64,000 nucleotides of DNA from an uncultured delta proteobacterium (GCA_963727445.1 CAVSGI010000010.1:1184001-1248000), one strand, 5' to 3'. Shown: positions 1 through 10,144, counted from the stretch's first letter. Notes: generated from the letters alone by a model not told the origin. Program-made: numbers and translations.

Positions 1-575
1 CCGCCGCGCGTAGCGCGAAGGCGGTGGGCTCCATCGGCCACGCGGTGCACAGCGCCGGCATCCTGCGCGTGGGGAGCGCGCTCAGCGAGGTGAGCCCCGA
101 CGACTACCGACTGATGATGGAGGTCAATTATCTCGGTTCGGTGCACGTCGCGCAGGCGATCACGCCGCACCTGAAGAAGGCGTGCGCCGGAGGCGGGGAG
201 GCGACGCTCCTCTTCATCGCGAGCGTCGCGGGGCTTCGGGGCTTTCCGGAGCTCGCGGGATATTCGGCCTCGAAGTTCGCGGTGGTCGGCTTCGCCCAGG
301 CGTTGCGCGACGAGCTCTCGGGCACCGGCGTCGCGGTGCGTGTGCTCTGCCCGCCTCCCGGCGACACGCCGATGGTTCGCAAGCTCGACCGCCTGCCCCC
401 GGTTTATCGCATGTCGAAGATGTTCAGCGCCGAAGAGGTCGTCGACGGTGCGCTTCGCGCGCTCGAGGGGCCGGATTGGATCCTGCTCGTCGACGCGAAA
501 TCGAAGCTGCTGTGGCGCGTCGGCCGTGCGGCGCCGGAGCTCGTGACCCGCATCATCCGGCGCGGGTCCCGCTGA
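1..575 (+). CDS. SDR family oxidoreductase (5' part outside window)
   Basis: HSAG, ASVAG and catalytic YSASK motifs; N-terminal Rossmann TGxxxGxG motif not seen, so probably truncated by the window edge. Confidence 0.85.
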   Translation, partial: AARSAKAVGSIGHAVHSAGILRVGSALSEVSPDDYRLMMEVNYLGSVHVAQAITPHLKKACAGGGEATLLFIASVAGLRGFPELAGYSASKFAVVGFAQALRDELSGTGVAVRVLCPPPGDTPMVRKLDRLPPVYRMSKMFSAEEVVDGALRALEGPDWILLVDAKSKLLWRVGRAAPELVTRIIRRGSR

Positions 576-581
576 GCGCTG

Positions 582-1760
582 TCAGAGCGTCTCGAAGTGA
601 ATGCCCGCGTCCTCGAGGCGCGGAAGGAGCGCATCGCCCATCGCCGAAGCGGTGGTGAGCACGCCCGCACGCTCCGGGAGCATCGCTCGGTCGAGCGCCA
701 GGCAGACCGTCGACTCACCGAGCATCTTGGCCGTGTCGCCATAGCCCGGGTCGCCGCCACGCACGCGCGTCTCGAGGCGCGTGCCCCCGGCGCGCGCAAG
801 GAAGCGCACCTCGAACCAGCCGCGTGCCATCTCTTCTTCGGTGGGACCGGCGCCGCTCTGCCGTGCGCGCAGGAGCAGCTCGCGCGTGGGCTTCGCCTGC
901 GAGAGCAGGATCACCGCCGACAGACCGACGCCCGTGCCCACCAGCATCGGCAAGCGCTTGAAGGTCACGTAGTGCCCGTAACGAAAGTCCGGCCCGTAGA
1001 CGTCGAGCATGCGCGCCGAGCGCTTCACGACCTGCGGGTCGATGGTCGGCAGGGGCGCCACCCACCGGCGAATCGCGCGCTCGTAGCGAACGCTGCCGCG
1101 CACGCTCCCCACCTTGCGACCGCCTTCGTGACGCGGCGATGGACGGCGGTGGCGGCGCGCGCTCAGCGTTCGGCGCGCGTCGCCGAAGGCCTCGATGGCG
1201 CTCGTCCAGGTGCCGCCGCTCATGCCGCCGCGCGCCCGAACGAAGCCTTCCACGGTGATCGGGACGTCCGACGGCAGCTGCTTCACCGTGTAGTAGACGC
1301 CCATGTCGTGGGGAATGCTGTCGAACCCGCAGCAGCTCACCACGCGGACGCCCGCCTCCTTCGCCCTCTCGTCGTAGCGGTCCATCGTCATCTTCACGTA
1401 GTCGGGCTCGCCGGTGATGTCCGTGTAGTCCGCGCCCTCGTCGACGCAGGCCGCGAGGACCGGCTCGCCAAATCGCGCGAAAGGCCCGGCAGTGGTGGCG
1501 ACGACGCGCGCGCGCGACGCCATGGCGCGGAGGCTCTGCGGATTGCCGAGGTCCGCCTGGATCTTCACCACGCGCTCCGCGCTCTGATCGAGGGCGACCA
1601 GCTCGCGGTGGAGCGCGTCGAGCTTCTTCGGATCGCGCCCGGCGATTCCCCAGGCGAAGGACTCGCCGCCGTAGCGCCCCGCCAGGTAGCGGGCGGTGAG
1701 CCTACCCGTGAAACCGGTGGCGCCGAAGAGGACGAGGGCGAGCTCGCGAGAGTCGGTCAT
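582..1760 (-). CDS. Saccharopine dehydrogenase-like / trans-acting enoyl reductase family oxidoreductase
   Basis: LFGATGFTG, AGR, AGPF, DITGEP, CCGFDSIPHD and GDPGYGDTAKMLGES motifs; ATG at 1760 overlaps the TetR stop (ATGA). Confidence 0.85.
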   Translation of the reverse strand: MTDSRELALVLFGATGFTGRLTARYLAGRYGGESFAWGIAGRDPKKLDALHRELVALDQSAERVVKIQADLGNPQSLRAMASRARVVATTAGPFARFGEPVLAACVDEGADYTDITGEPDYVKMTMDRYDERAKEAGVRVVSCCGFDSIPHDMGVYYTVKQLPSDVPITVEGFVRARGGMSGGTWTSAIEAFGDARRTLSARRHRRPSPRHEGGRKVGSVRGSVRYERAIRRWVAPLPTIDPQVVKRSARMLDVYGPDFRYGHYVTFKRLPMLVGTGVGLSAVILLSQAKPTRELLLRARQSGAGPTEEEMARGWFEVRFLARAGGTRLETRVRGGDPGYGDTAKMLGESTVCLALDRAMLPERAGVLTTASAMGDALLPRLEDAGIHFETL

Positions 1761-2356
1761 GGCGAGACGCTCGCCCGCGGGGCGAGCATCTGCAAGAGCG
1801 AGTGGGCTGCTGCGCCGAGGTCGAAGGGATGGCCGAGCTCGGCGAGGGTCTGCGCGCCGATCACCGCCGCGAGGAGGAGGGTCGCCGTCGCTTCGGGGTC
1901 GAGGTCGTCGCGGGCCATCCCGCGCGACTGGCTGGTGGCGACGGTTCGGGTGATGCGGGCGATGGCATCGGCGATCAGCGCGACGTAGCGCGTGCGCACG
2001 CGGTCGGAGCGCGCGCATGCGTCGAGGAGCTGATGGGGGCGCACGTGACCGCCGGGCCCGAGGGGATAGGTCCCGTCGGCGAAGGCGGCGGCGAAATGGG
2101 CGAAGACCGTGGCGAGGTCCTGGTCTTCATCGGCGGCGAAGAGGCGATCGAGGATGGGGCCGCCTGCGTCCTGCATCACCTGGGCGAGGAAGTCCTCCCG
2201 GTCCTCGAAGTGCACGTAGAAGGCACCTCGGGTGTAGCCCGCCCGCGCGCAGATCGCGTCGAGGCTGGGGGCGTCGAGGCCCTGCTCTGCGAAGAGCGCC
2301 GCCCCGGCCTCGAGGAGGGCCTTTCGCGTTTTCTCCTTCGATTGTCGCCGTTTCAT
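1757..2356 (-). CDS. TetR/AcrR family transcriptional regulator
   Basis: N-terminal HTH LFAEQGLDAPSLDAICARAGYTRGAFYVHF; ATG at 2356 preceded by GAAGGA. Confidence 0.9.
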   Translation of the reverse strand: MKRRQSKEKTRKALLEAGAALFAEQGLDAPSLDAICARAGYTRGAFYVHFEDREDFLAQVMQDAGGPILDRLFAADEDQDLATVFAHFAAAFADGTYPLGPGGHVRPHQLLDACARSDRVRTRYVALIADAIARITRTVATSQSRGMARDDLDPEATATLLLAAVIGAQTLAELGHPFDLGAAAHSLLQMLAPRASVSP

Positions 2357-2368
2357 TCCTTCGGTTTG

Positions 2369-2421
2369 ACATACGAGTCCGTATGTGAAAAGAGGAGAGT
2401 CACATACGAGTCCGTATGTGA
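2369..2421. promoter_or_regulatory. Two identical palindromic operators ACATACG-AGTC-CGTATGT (2369-2386 and 2402-2419)
   Basis: Perfect 7-bp inverted arms (9 bp in the second copy), 33 bp apart, between a TetR gene and a divergent operon; TTGACA at 2366-2371 overlaps copy 1. Confidence 0.8.
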
Positions 2422-2441
2422 ACGGCTCGGGGAGGCATCTC

Positions 2442-2975
2442 GTGATCAGCACCCACACCACCGAAGCGGCGCGCTCCGCGCGGACAACGCGGCAGAGGAC
2501 GCGACATCTCGACGACTTGCTCGGCCTCTCCGTCGACGCGCTCGAGTCGCTCTATCGGGACGCCAGCGTTCCGGCGATGCAGGAGGTGCACGGCGACCTT
2601 CGTGGCCGAATGCTCGCGACGACGGTGCTCGGGGGCCGGTGGGTCGGTCGCGCCGAGCGCTGGGCCTCTTCGCGCTTCTTTCCATGGCGCGGAAAGAGCT
2701 TCATGCCGAAGGACAGCGCGCGCGGTGAAGGGATCAACCGCGTCGGGATCGACCGCGTGCGCCTCTATCGATTCGAGACGCGCATCGCCAAGTCGAAAGC
2801 CGGCGACTTCGACGCTCTGCAGCTCGACTACGACCTGCCCGACAACCCGGGCTTCATTCGCGCGATCGAGGACGAGATCCGCGAGCTGTCACCGGGGCTC
2901 TATCTCGGCCAGGCCTATCTGCGCATCGGCGGCCAGCCGGTGTTGATCCTCTACTTCGGGCTCGCGACGAAGTGA
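2442..2975 (+). CDS. Conserved hypothetical protein (WxGKxF / LDYD-PxNP / DEIRE-PGLYLG type)
   Basis: GGGAGG RBS before GTG 2442; stop overlaps the start of the downstream SDR (GTGA). Confidence 0.65.
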   Translation: MISTHTTEAARSARTTRQRTRHLDDLLGLSVDALESLYRDASVPAMQEVHGDLRGRMLATTVLGGRWVGRAERWASSRFFPWRGKSFMPKDSARGEGINRVGIDRVRLYRFETRIAKSKAGDFDALQLDYDLPDNPGFIRAIEDEIRELSPGLYLGQAYLRIGGQPVLILYFGLATK

Positions 2976-3787
2976 CGACCGCGGTCGTCACCGGGGCGGC
3001 GCGGGGGATCGGTCGCGCCTTCGCCCTCGTGCTCGCCGAGCAGGGCGGCACGGTCGTGCTGGCGGACGTGGACGTGGAGGGCGCCGAGGCTACCGCCGAG
3101 GCGGTGCGGCACGCTGGAGCCGAGGCCGTGGTCGCGCGCTGCGACGTCACCGAGGTCGACGACCTGCGCGCGCTCGCCGCCGCCTGGCCCGCGCCCGACC
3201 TCGTGATCGCCAACGCCGGCATCATGGTCCTCGGCGAAGCGTGCGCGACCGACCTCGCGGCCTTCCGGCGCGTCGTCGACGTGAACCTCTTCGGCGTGAT
3301 CCACACCTGCCAGGCGTTCTCGCCCTCCATGATCGCGCGCGGCCGCGGGGCGCTGCTCAACGTCGCCTCCCTCGCCGGCCTCATCCCTGCGCCGCTCATG
3401 GGCTGCTACGCCGCGACCAAGGCGGGGGTGATCGCCTATGGCGACGCGCTCCGCGCCGAGCTCCGCCCGCGCGGCGTCACCGTCACCACGCTCTGCCCGT
3501 CCTTCACGCGCACCGAGCTCATCGACCACGCCTCCGGGGACGACGCGGGCGCGTTCGGCATCGGGCGCCTCATCATGGATCGCATCGGCGAACGGCCCGA
3601 GGTGGTCGCGCGCCTGGGCGTGAAGGCCGCCCAGGCCGGCGACGCCTACGCCATCCCCACGCTGCACGGACGGCTCGCGCGCCGGCTCCGCGGGATCGCC
3701 CCTGGCGGCACGACGAAGCTCGCCGCCGCTGCCTACGCCGCCTACCAGCTCTACTCGCCGCGGATCTCGGGCAGCGGCGCGCCGTAG
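2972..3787 (+). CDS. SDR family oxidoreductase
   Basis: TGAARGIG, ANAG, NVAS and YAATK motifs. Confidence 0.9.
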   Translation: MTTAVVTGAARGIGRAFALVLAEQGGTVVLADVDVEGAEATAEAVRHAGAEAVVARCDVTEVDDLRALAAAWPAPDLVIANAGIMVLGEACATDLAAFRRVVDVNLFGVIHTCQAFSPSMIARGRGALLNVASLAGLIPAPLMGCYAATKAGVIAYGDALRAELRPRGVTVTTLCPSFTRTELIDHASGDDAGAFGIGRLIMDRIGERPEVVARLGVKAAQAGDAYAIPTLHGRLARRLRGIAPGGTTKLAAAAYAAYQLYSPRISGSGAP

Positions 3788-5598
3788 AGACGCTGCCAGG
3801 TGCGGCCGGCGAGCGCCGACAGCTCCTCCGAGCCCGAAGCGTGAAGCTCGGCGTAGATGCGCGCGGCCTCGCCGCGGTCGATGCGGCGACCCGCGATGAG
3901 CGGACCGTGAGCGATGCCGGCCTCGTCGGCGAGCGCCTCGAAGAGCGCCACTGCGGCGACGGCCTCCGGCATGCCCCAGTTGTAACGGTTCATGAGGAAC
4001 GACGCGACGTGCACCAGGCTGGTCCAGGCGAGGTCAGGACGCTGCGCGATCTGCGATAGATACGCGGAGAGCTCCGCGTTGGCGCGCTCGGCGCGGCGGT
4101 TGGCGCCGTCGAGCGCCTCGGTCTCTCCGGTGTACTGGCTGAGCACCTCGGGCACGGCGATGAGCCGGTCCGCTTCGTAGTCGAGGCGGTGCTGGACTTC
4201 GTGCTCCGCCACCGAGCGAGCGCGTTCCTCGAGCAGCAGGCGCCACGCCGTCAGGACGTCTGGCTGATGGAGATCGGCCTCGGCCTGCCGCAGCTCGCGC
4301 AGACCGGCGCGGTCGACGTCGCCGCGAAACTCGAGGTCGGAGACGTCGTAGTCGTAGCGCCACGGCTCTCGGAGGGAGACGTTGGCGAGGGAGCCGCTCA
4401 CGATCGCCACGGCGTTGCGGCGACGCACCACCGCGTCGGCGAGCCGGTCGAGGGCCCGCGCATTGCCCATCTCGGCGCTCACCACCCGCTCCGCCTCGTG
4501 CCGCAGGTCCTCGTGGGCCTGATCCTCGAAGGGCGTCACCCACTCGGTGCCGGTTTCGTCGGCGTAATCGCGCACGATCACCGAGTCGCGCGCCGAGTTC
4601 ACCGTGGGGAGCACGTCCTCGATCAGAAAGCGCTCGATGCGGTCGACGACCACCAGCGCATAGCGGACCTCAGGTCGGGTGTAGCCGAGAAGCGAGCGCT
4701 CGAAATTGAGGTTGTCCCGCCGCGTGATGTCGAGCGCCATGACCTCCTCGTCGCCCACGACGAAGGTCCGCCGCTCGAGGACGTTCCAGGTGGACAGAAG
4801 CACCTGCTGCCGACCCGTCCCGTAGCGCCGGAGGGTCGCGTCGACGAAATAGGGGACGTCGGCTTCTCGGAGCGCGTCGTGGAAGAGCACCAGCTGATTG
4901 AGCCAGGTCGCGTCGTCGTGTCCCTCCTCGCGGTCGACGTAGGCGAGGGCCTCGCTCACCAGATCGTCCATGGGCTGGACGAGCGCCGGCGCTTCTTCGC
5001 GGAGCGCTTCGAGGAGCTCGCCGCGCTCGGTGGCCACGTCCTCGGGCGCAGGCCGCTCGTTCCCCGCGGAGCGGCGATCGAGGGCGACCACCAGGTCGGG
5101 GAGCTTGGATCCGAAGACGTCGTCGAGGGGGTGCGCGGGCTCCTCGGGCTCGTCCATCCCGAGCAGCTCGTCGAGATCCGCGCCGGCGTCTGCCGGCGGT
5201 TGGCCCGGCGCCGATGCGTCAGCGTCGGGAAGGTTCGCCCAGAGCCACAGGGCGCCCGCGCCCACCAGCACCGCGAAGATCGCGGAGAGCCCGGCCACCA
5301 AACGCATCAGCGCGCCCGCTTCGACCCGCGGCCGCCGCGCCGCGACGAATGCCTCGCGCACCGACTCGATGTCGTCGTCGTCCGCGACCGGCACGCGCAC
5401 GATCGCGAGGTAGGCGAGGCGGTGTAGATGCGCCACGTCCTCGGCGCGCGACGTTCCGAACCCAGCCGCGATCACACGCTTGTCCGCCGCGCGTTTCACG
5501 AAAGGGCGAAGGAGCGCAGGGATCTTCGACAGGCCCTCCTTCACCGAAGTGCCGGTCGCGACCTGGGCCAGATAGCGGAGGATGTAGCCGCGCAACAT
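3751..5598 (-). CDS. Membrane-anchored hypothetical protein with putative zincin motif
   Basis: One TM helix (LSAIFAVLVGAGALWLW); C-terminal HEVQH followed by ELSAYL. Confidence 0.6.
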   Translation of the reverse strand: MLRGYILRYLAQVATGTSVKEGLSKIPALLRPFVKRAADKRVIAAGFGTSRAEDVAHLHRLAYLAIVRVPVADDDDIESVREAFVAARRPRVEAGALMRLVAGLSAIFAVLVGAGALWLWANLPDADASAPGQPPADAGADLDELLGMDEPEEPAHPLDDVFGSKLPDLVVALDRRSAGNERPAPEDVATERGELLEALREEAPALVQPMDDLVSEALAYVDREEGHDDATWLNQLVLFHDALREADVPYFVDATLRRYGTGRQQVLLSTWNVLERRTFVVGDEEVMALDITRRDNLNFERSLLGYTRPEVRYALVVVDRIERFLIEDVLPTVNSARDSVIVRDYADETGTEWVTPFEDQAHEDLRHEAERVVSAEMGNARALDRLADAVVRRRNAVAIVSGSLANVSLREPWRYDYDVSDLEFRGDVDRAGLRELRQAEADLHQPDVLTAWRLLLEERARSVAEHEVQHRLDYEADRLIAVPEVLSQYTGETEALDGANRRAERANAELSAYLSQIAQRPDLAWTSLVHVASFLMNRYNWGMPEAVAAVALFEALADEAGIAHGPLIAGRRIDRGEAARIYAELHASGSEELSALAGRTWQRLYGAPLPEIRGE

Positions 5599-5649
5599 CG
5601 CGGGTGGAGGCTAGCAGGGATCGAGGGGAGGTACGGCTACGGGGAGAGG

Positions 5650-8600
5650 TTAGTGGCCGTCTTCCACGTAGCCGAGGTTCTGGAGACGCCGGGCCGATTC
5701 GGCGTCCAGCTCCCCGACGCTCTGGCGCTGGACAGCCCCTTCGCGGGCGACCTCGCCTTCGGAGACGAGGGTCTCCATCAACGAGTGCACCTCGTCCGAC
5801 TGGGCGGCGGCGAGATTCTCCTCTTCGTGTCGATCCAGGTCGGGCCGGTAGAGCTCCACCGGGTCGAGCCCGCGCGGATTGTTCGGGTTCGCGGTGATGA
5901 GCTTCCACTCGTCGGTGCCGCGGCGCTCGCGCACCGACTCGAGGACGTTGCCCTCGTGGCTCTCCTCCGCATAGACGGTGTCGGTGCCTTCGAAGAGGTC
6001 GCCGCCCTGCACACCGTCGGGCACCTCCGCGCCGACCTCACGCAGGAGCGTCGGCATCACGTCCACGGCCTGGACCCAATGGCGAACGGTGGTGCCGCCG
6101 CGCCGGGCGCCGGGGAGCTTCACGAAGAGCGGCACGTGGACCTGCTCGTCGTAGAGCGTGGTGCCGTGCCAGAAGCCGCCGTGGTCTCCGAGCTCCTCAC
6201 CGTGATCGGCGGTCACCACGATCGTCATGTCGTCGTAGAGGCCGTCCGCCTGGAGGCGCTCGATGAGCGAGCCGAAGTGCGCGTCCCAGTACTCGATCTC
6301 GCCGTCGTAGAGCTCGCGGAGCTCGTCGGCTTCGTCGAGGTCGGGGTGCTGGTGCGCGGCGCGGGCGTAGCCGTTGCCGGAGTAGGGATGGACGAAGTAC
6401 GGGTCGTGCGGATCCATGTAGGCCGCGAAGATGAAGAACGGCCGGTCGGGCGCGCGATCGAGGAACGAGAAGACCTCGCTGTTGACGGTCTCGGCGTCCC
6501 GATAGGCGGTGCCCGGCTCGACGACGCCGCGCGCGGCCCGGACCTTCTCGATGGTCTGCCGGAGGAACTGCACCAGGAGCAGCTTCGAGGCCGCGTCGTC
6601 GGCGCCGAGCACGTACTCGGGCTCGAGGTAGCGATACTCGTCGAAGCCCTGCTGGAAGTTGAAGAAGGGAGCGACGTTGTAGTTGGTGACGATGCCGGTG
6701 GTGTAGTAGCCGGCGCCCTGGAGCGCTTCGGGGAGGGTGGTGAGCTCCTCCGGGAGCTGATCGCTCTTGGCCATCACGCCGTGGTTCGACGGGAAGCGGC
6801 CCGTCAGATAGGTCGCGAAGCTCGGGCGCGTCCACGACGCGTTGGCGAAGGCCTGGTCGAAGCGAACCGCATCCTGGGCGAAGGCGCTGAGGTTCGGCGT
6901 CTCGATCGCCTCGTAGCCGAAGTCCGGCAGATGGTCGGCCCGGAGCGTGTCGACGATGACGAACAGGACGTTGCCCGCGTCGGGCGGTGGCGCGGCGCGC
7001 TCGCCTCCGGTCGCCGCCACCGCGGGACCGCCCGCGAAGACCGCGACGACCGCGAGGAGCGCCACCATCGCGCCCGCGACCACCGGCGAGCCCCAGGCCC
7101 GGAGCATCACCCGCGCGGGGGTGCTCGTCAGAAGCCAGCGGAGCGCGGCGCCCACCAGCAGATAGATCAGACCCGCGGCCAGCGCACAGCCGAGCACGAC
7201 CCCGAGGCCGGTGGCGCTCTTGAGGACCAGCTCCTCGTGGAAGACGTCGCGGCGCACGCGGAAGAGCCCCAGCGCGAAGGCGAAGGACGCGACGAAGAAG
7301 GCGGTGGTGCGCGCGTAAGCGAGCGGCTCGCTCATGGGCTCGACGTCTTCGAAGTAGCTCTTCTTCGCCCACTTTCCCGCGAAGTAGCTGACGACGCCGA
7401 AGCCCGCCCCCGCGACGGCCAGGAAGATTCCGTAGGCCACCGCGCCGTAGGAAAGAACGCCGAAGCCGACGCGCCCGCCCGAGTTGTAGATGACGACGCT
7501 CGCCTCGGCGCTGCCCACCAGCACGCCCGCGAGGAGCCCCGCGCCGATCCCGAGGGTGAGCCCCGAGCGAAGCGAGGCGAAGGGGACGGCGAAGCTCCGG
7601 AGCCGCGTCACCCACGCCGGCACCGGCTCCTGCGCGTAGGACTCGTGAACCGCGTCCTCGCGGTCCACGTCCTCGACCACGATGTCGTCTCGGTAACCGC
7701 CGCGGCGCATCAGGAAGGGGATGGTGCCGAAGGCGGAGACGAACATCTCGGCCGCGAAACCGACGATGGGGATCAGCACCGCCTCGGCGGTGGAGAGGCC
7801 CACCGCGGGCAGCGTGTAGAGGGCGACCGCCGTGGCCTCGCGCAGGCCGACGCCGTTGATCGACGCCGGGATGATGGTGCTCATGATCTGCAGCGACGAG
7901 GCGAAGAAGACCACGCCGATGGAGAGCTCGACGCCGATCGCCCGCGCAGCGCAGACGTAGATCATGTTGTTGAACGCGTGGACCAGAACGCCGAGGCCGA
8001 CCGCCTGCGCGAGGAGCGCGCCTTTGCCGTGATAGGCGCAGACCGCGTCGACCAGGGTCTGGACGCGCACCTGGACGCTGTGTGGGAGCACCCGCGCTGC
8101 GAGGCGGAAGAGCTGCGGCTTGGCGAGGAGCGTGAGGCCGACCGTGACCAGCACCACGAAGAACGCGTTCACCAGCAGGACGCCCTGGGTGCCGAGGAAG
8201 GTCAGGCCCCAGATCGAGCCGCCCATCACCACCATCCCGAAGGCGAGCTGTCCGAGCACCTTCTCGACGCCGGTCACCGCGGTCGCGCGGGCGAGCTTCT
8301 TGGTCCGGGCGGCGGTGTCGAAGAGGCGCCAGCCGTCGAGGCCGAGCCCGCCGGGCGTGAAGGCGCCCCAGAAACGGCCGATGAAGAAGGAGCCGATCAG
8401 CCAACGCCAGGGCGCGAGGATCCCCTGCCCCTGGAGGAGGAGCCGCCAGCGCACCACGGCGAAGCCGATGGCGACGAGCTGCATCGTCGCAGCGAGCACC
8501 CACCAGCCGACCGAGATCTCGCCGAGGCGCGAGACGAACTCGTCGGCGCCGTCACGGCCCATGATCTTGGCGAAGACGTAATAGAGCATCGCCACGCTGA

Positions 8601-8661
8601 AGCCGACCTTCAGCAGAACCAGGAGCAGCTTCTTCTTGGATCTCGGAGCCTTTTCGCCCAT
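5650..8661 (-). CDS. Lysylphosphatidylglycerol-synthase-TM (flippase-like) domain fused to sulfatase-like hydrolase/transferase
   Basis: N-terminal RWxxLL, TPGGLGLDG and PASINGVGLRE multi-TM domain; C-terminal VDTLRADH, SWTRPS, MDPHDPY, YDGEI, TADHGE, HG and VPL alkaline-phosphatase-superfamily motifs. Confidence 0.85.
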   Translation of the reverse strand: MGEKAPRSKKKLLLVLLKVGFSVAMLYYVFAKIMGRDGADEFVSRLGEISVGWWVLAATMQLVAIGFAVVRWRLLLQGQGILAPWRWLIGSFFIGRFWGAFTPGGLGLDGWRLFDTAARTKKLARATAVTGVEKVLGQLAFGMVVMGGSIWGLTFLGTQGVLLVNAFFVVLVTVGLTLLAKPQLFRLAARVLPHSVQVRVQTLVDAVCAYHGKGALLAQAVGLGVLVHAFNNMIYVCAARAIGVELSIGVVFFASSLQIMSTIIPASINGVGLREATAVALYTLPAVGLSTAEAVLIPIVGFAAEMFVSAFGTIPFLMRRGGYRDDIVVEDVDREDAVHESYAQEPVPAWVTRLRSFAVPFASLRSGLTLGIGAGLLAGVLVGSAEASVVIYNSGGRVGFGVLSYGAVAYGIFLAVAGAGFGVVSYFAGKWAKKSYFEDVEPMSEPLAYARTTAFFVASFAFALGLFRVRRDVFHEELVLKSATGLGVVLGCALAAGLIYLLVGAALRWLLTSTPARVMLRAWGSPVVAGAMVALLAVVAVFAGGPAVAATGGERAAPPPDAGNVLFVIVDTLRADHLPDFGYEAIETPNLSAFAQDAVRFDQAFANASWTRPSFATYLTGRFPSNHGVMAKSDQLPEELTTLPEALQGAGYYTTGIVTNYNVAPFFNFQQGFDEYRYLEPEYVLGADDAASKLLLVQFLRQTIEKVRAARGVVEPGTAYRDAETVNSEVFSFLDRAPDRPFFIFAAYMDPHDPYFVHPYSGNGYARAAHQHPDLDEADELRELYDGEIEYWDAHFGSLIERLQADGLYDDMTIVVTADHGEELGDHGGFWHGTTLYDEQVHVPLFVKLPGARRGGTTVRHWVQAVDVMPTLLREVGAEVPDGVQGGDLFEGTDTVYAEESHEGNVLESVRERRGTDEWKLITANPNNPRGLDPVELYRPDLDRHEEENLAAAQSDEVHSLMETLVSEGEVAREGAVQRQSVGELDAESARRLQNLGYVEDGH

Positions 8662-8785
8662 GGAACAATCCGGTAGCCCGCTGAGCCTCGCGGGTCAAAT
8701 AAGCGGAAAGGGGACGCTTCGGACCCTCGTGCCCATTCCCCTTTCGGTCCCTGCCAAGGGCTCGAATTCTGTAGATTCCCCTCCG

Positions 8786-9832
8786 GTGCGACCCCCGAAT
8801 TCCCTTCTCTCACTCGCTCGCCTCGCCTTTCGTCTCCCCGACGGGGCGCTTCGTGCCTTCGCGGGAGAGACCCCACACGCCGACGACGGCACCCCGCTCG
8901 ACGCGGCGCTCGGCGCCATGCTCGCCCTCATGCGGCGCCTCGATTTCCCGAAGTCCTTCGAGCGGAGCGTCGCCGAAGCGCGCGCCGGCACCGCCGAGGA
9001 CGTCGCCATCGCCAGCGCGCCACCCGAAGCGATGGCCTCGGTGGAGGACCGCTTCATCCCCGGGCCCGCGGGCACCATCCACGTGCGCTGCTACCGCCCG
9101 ACCCTCGCGCCGAAGGCGCCGGCTCTGGTCTACCTCCATGGCGGCGGCTTCGTGATCGGCGACCTCGACTCCCACGACGCCGTCTGCCGGCGCATCGCCA
9201 AGCTCGCGGGCTGTGTGATCGTCGCCGTCCACTATCGGTTGGCGCCGGAAGATCCCTATCCCGCCGCGGTCGAGGACGCCGAGGCCGCGCTCGAGTTCGT
9301 GATGTCCCACGCCGAGAGCTTCGGCGGAGACCCCGCGCACGTGGCGGTAGCCGGGGACAGCGCGGGGGGCTGCCTGGCGACGGTGGCCTGCCGGCGGCTT
9401 CGCGATCGCGGCAGCCCCCTTCCCGTCGCGCAGGTCCTGATCTACCCGGCCATCGACTTCACCAAGAGCATGGACTCACACAGGCGCTACGCGTCCGGCT
9501 TCAACCTCGAAGAGAAGTCGATCGACTGGTACCGCGACCACTACCTGCCCAACGCGGCGCGGTGGAAAGAGCCTGACGCCTCACCCCTCTTCACCGAAGA
9601 CCTCTCGGGTCTGCCGAAAGCGGTCGTGGTGACCGCCGGCTTCGATCCGCTCCTCGACGAGGGCGCGGCGTACGCCGACAAGCTGCGCGACGCGGGCGTA
9701 GAGGTGCGCTACCGCTGCGAGAGCGCGCTCATCCACGGCTTCGTGAACATGGCGGGCCTGTCAGCCGGCTGCGCGGACGCCCTCGATCGCGTCGCGCGAG
9801 ACGTCGGCGATGCGCTGCGCGCGAAGCTCTAG
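8786..9832 (+). CDS. Alpha/beta hydrolase, hormone-sensitive lipase (family IV) esterase
   Basis: HGGGF, YRLAPE, GDSAGG, DPLLDEG and HGF motifs; start codon uncertain (GTG 8786 chosen). Confidence 0.9.
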   Translation: MRPPNSLLSLARLAFRLPDGALRAFAGETPHADDGTPLDAALGAMLALMRRLDFPKSFERSVAEARAGTAEDVAIASAPPEAMASVEDRFIPGPAGTIHVRCYRPTLAPKAPALVYLHGGGFVIGDLDSHDAVCRRIAKLAGCVIVAVHYRLAPEDPYPAAVEDAEAALEFVMSHAESFGGDPAHVAVAGDSAGGCLATVACRRLRDRGSPLPVAQVLIYPAIDFTKSMDSHRRYASGFNLEEKSIDWYRDHYLPNAARWKEPDASPLFTEDLSGLPKAVVVTAGFDPLLDEGAAYADKLRDAGVEVRYRCESALIHGFVNMAGLSAGCADALDRVARDVGDALRAKL

Positions 9833-10144
9833 GCCCCGCTCGCTTCGTCGAGCTCGGGCTCGTCGTTGGTCTTGACCGGTCGCGAATGGCGTGCCTTGCG
9901 CTTGGTCAGGCGATTGCCGACCTCGCTCACCACGTCGACGATGCCGCGCTTCGGGTGGGTCCCGCTCCGCCGGCCCTCGTCCGTGTCCCCCCCTCTTTCG
10001 GAGTCCCCCCCCGAATGAGTCGTTTTGGGTGTCACGCAAACCATGATGCCAGAGCTTGTCCCCATATGGGTAGCGTTTGTGTGACGACCCCTGAAAAAAC
10101 TCGTTGTTTCCATGGGGGGGGCGCTCGATGTAGGGTCCAGGCCG

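Noticed and set aside
5428..8676. Long antisense ORFs (also 34149..37103, 9829..11277, 45846..47951, 56897..58579)
   Set aside because: These are shadow ORFs caused by high GC3 bias opposite well-supported genes, with no recognisable motifs
9829..10065. Possible small minus-strand gene between the esterase and argJ
   Set aside because: Low-complexity product with no motif and no clear start or RBS; cannot be supported, though not excluded
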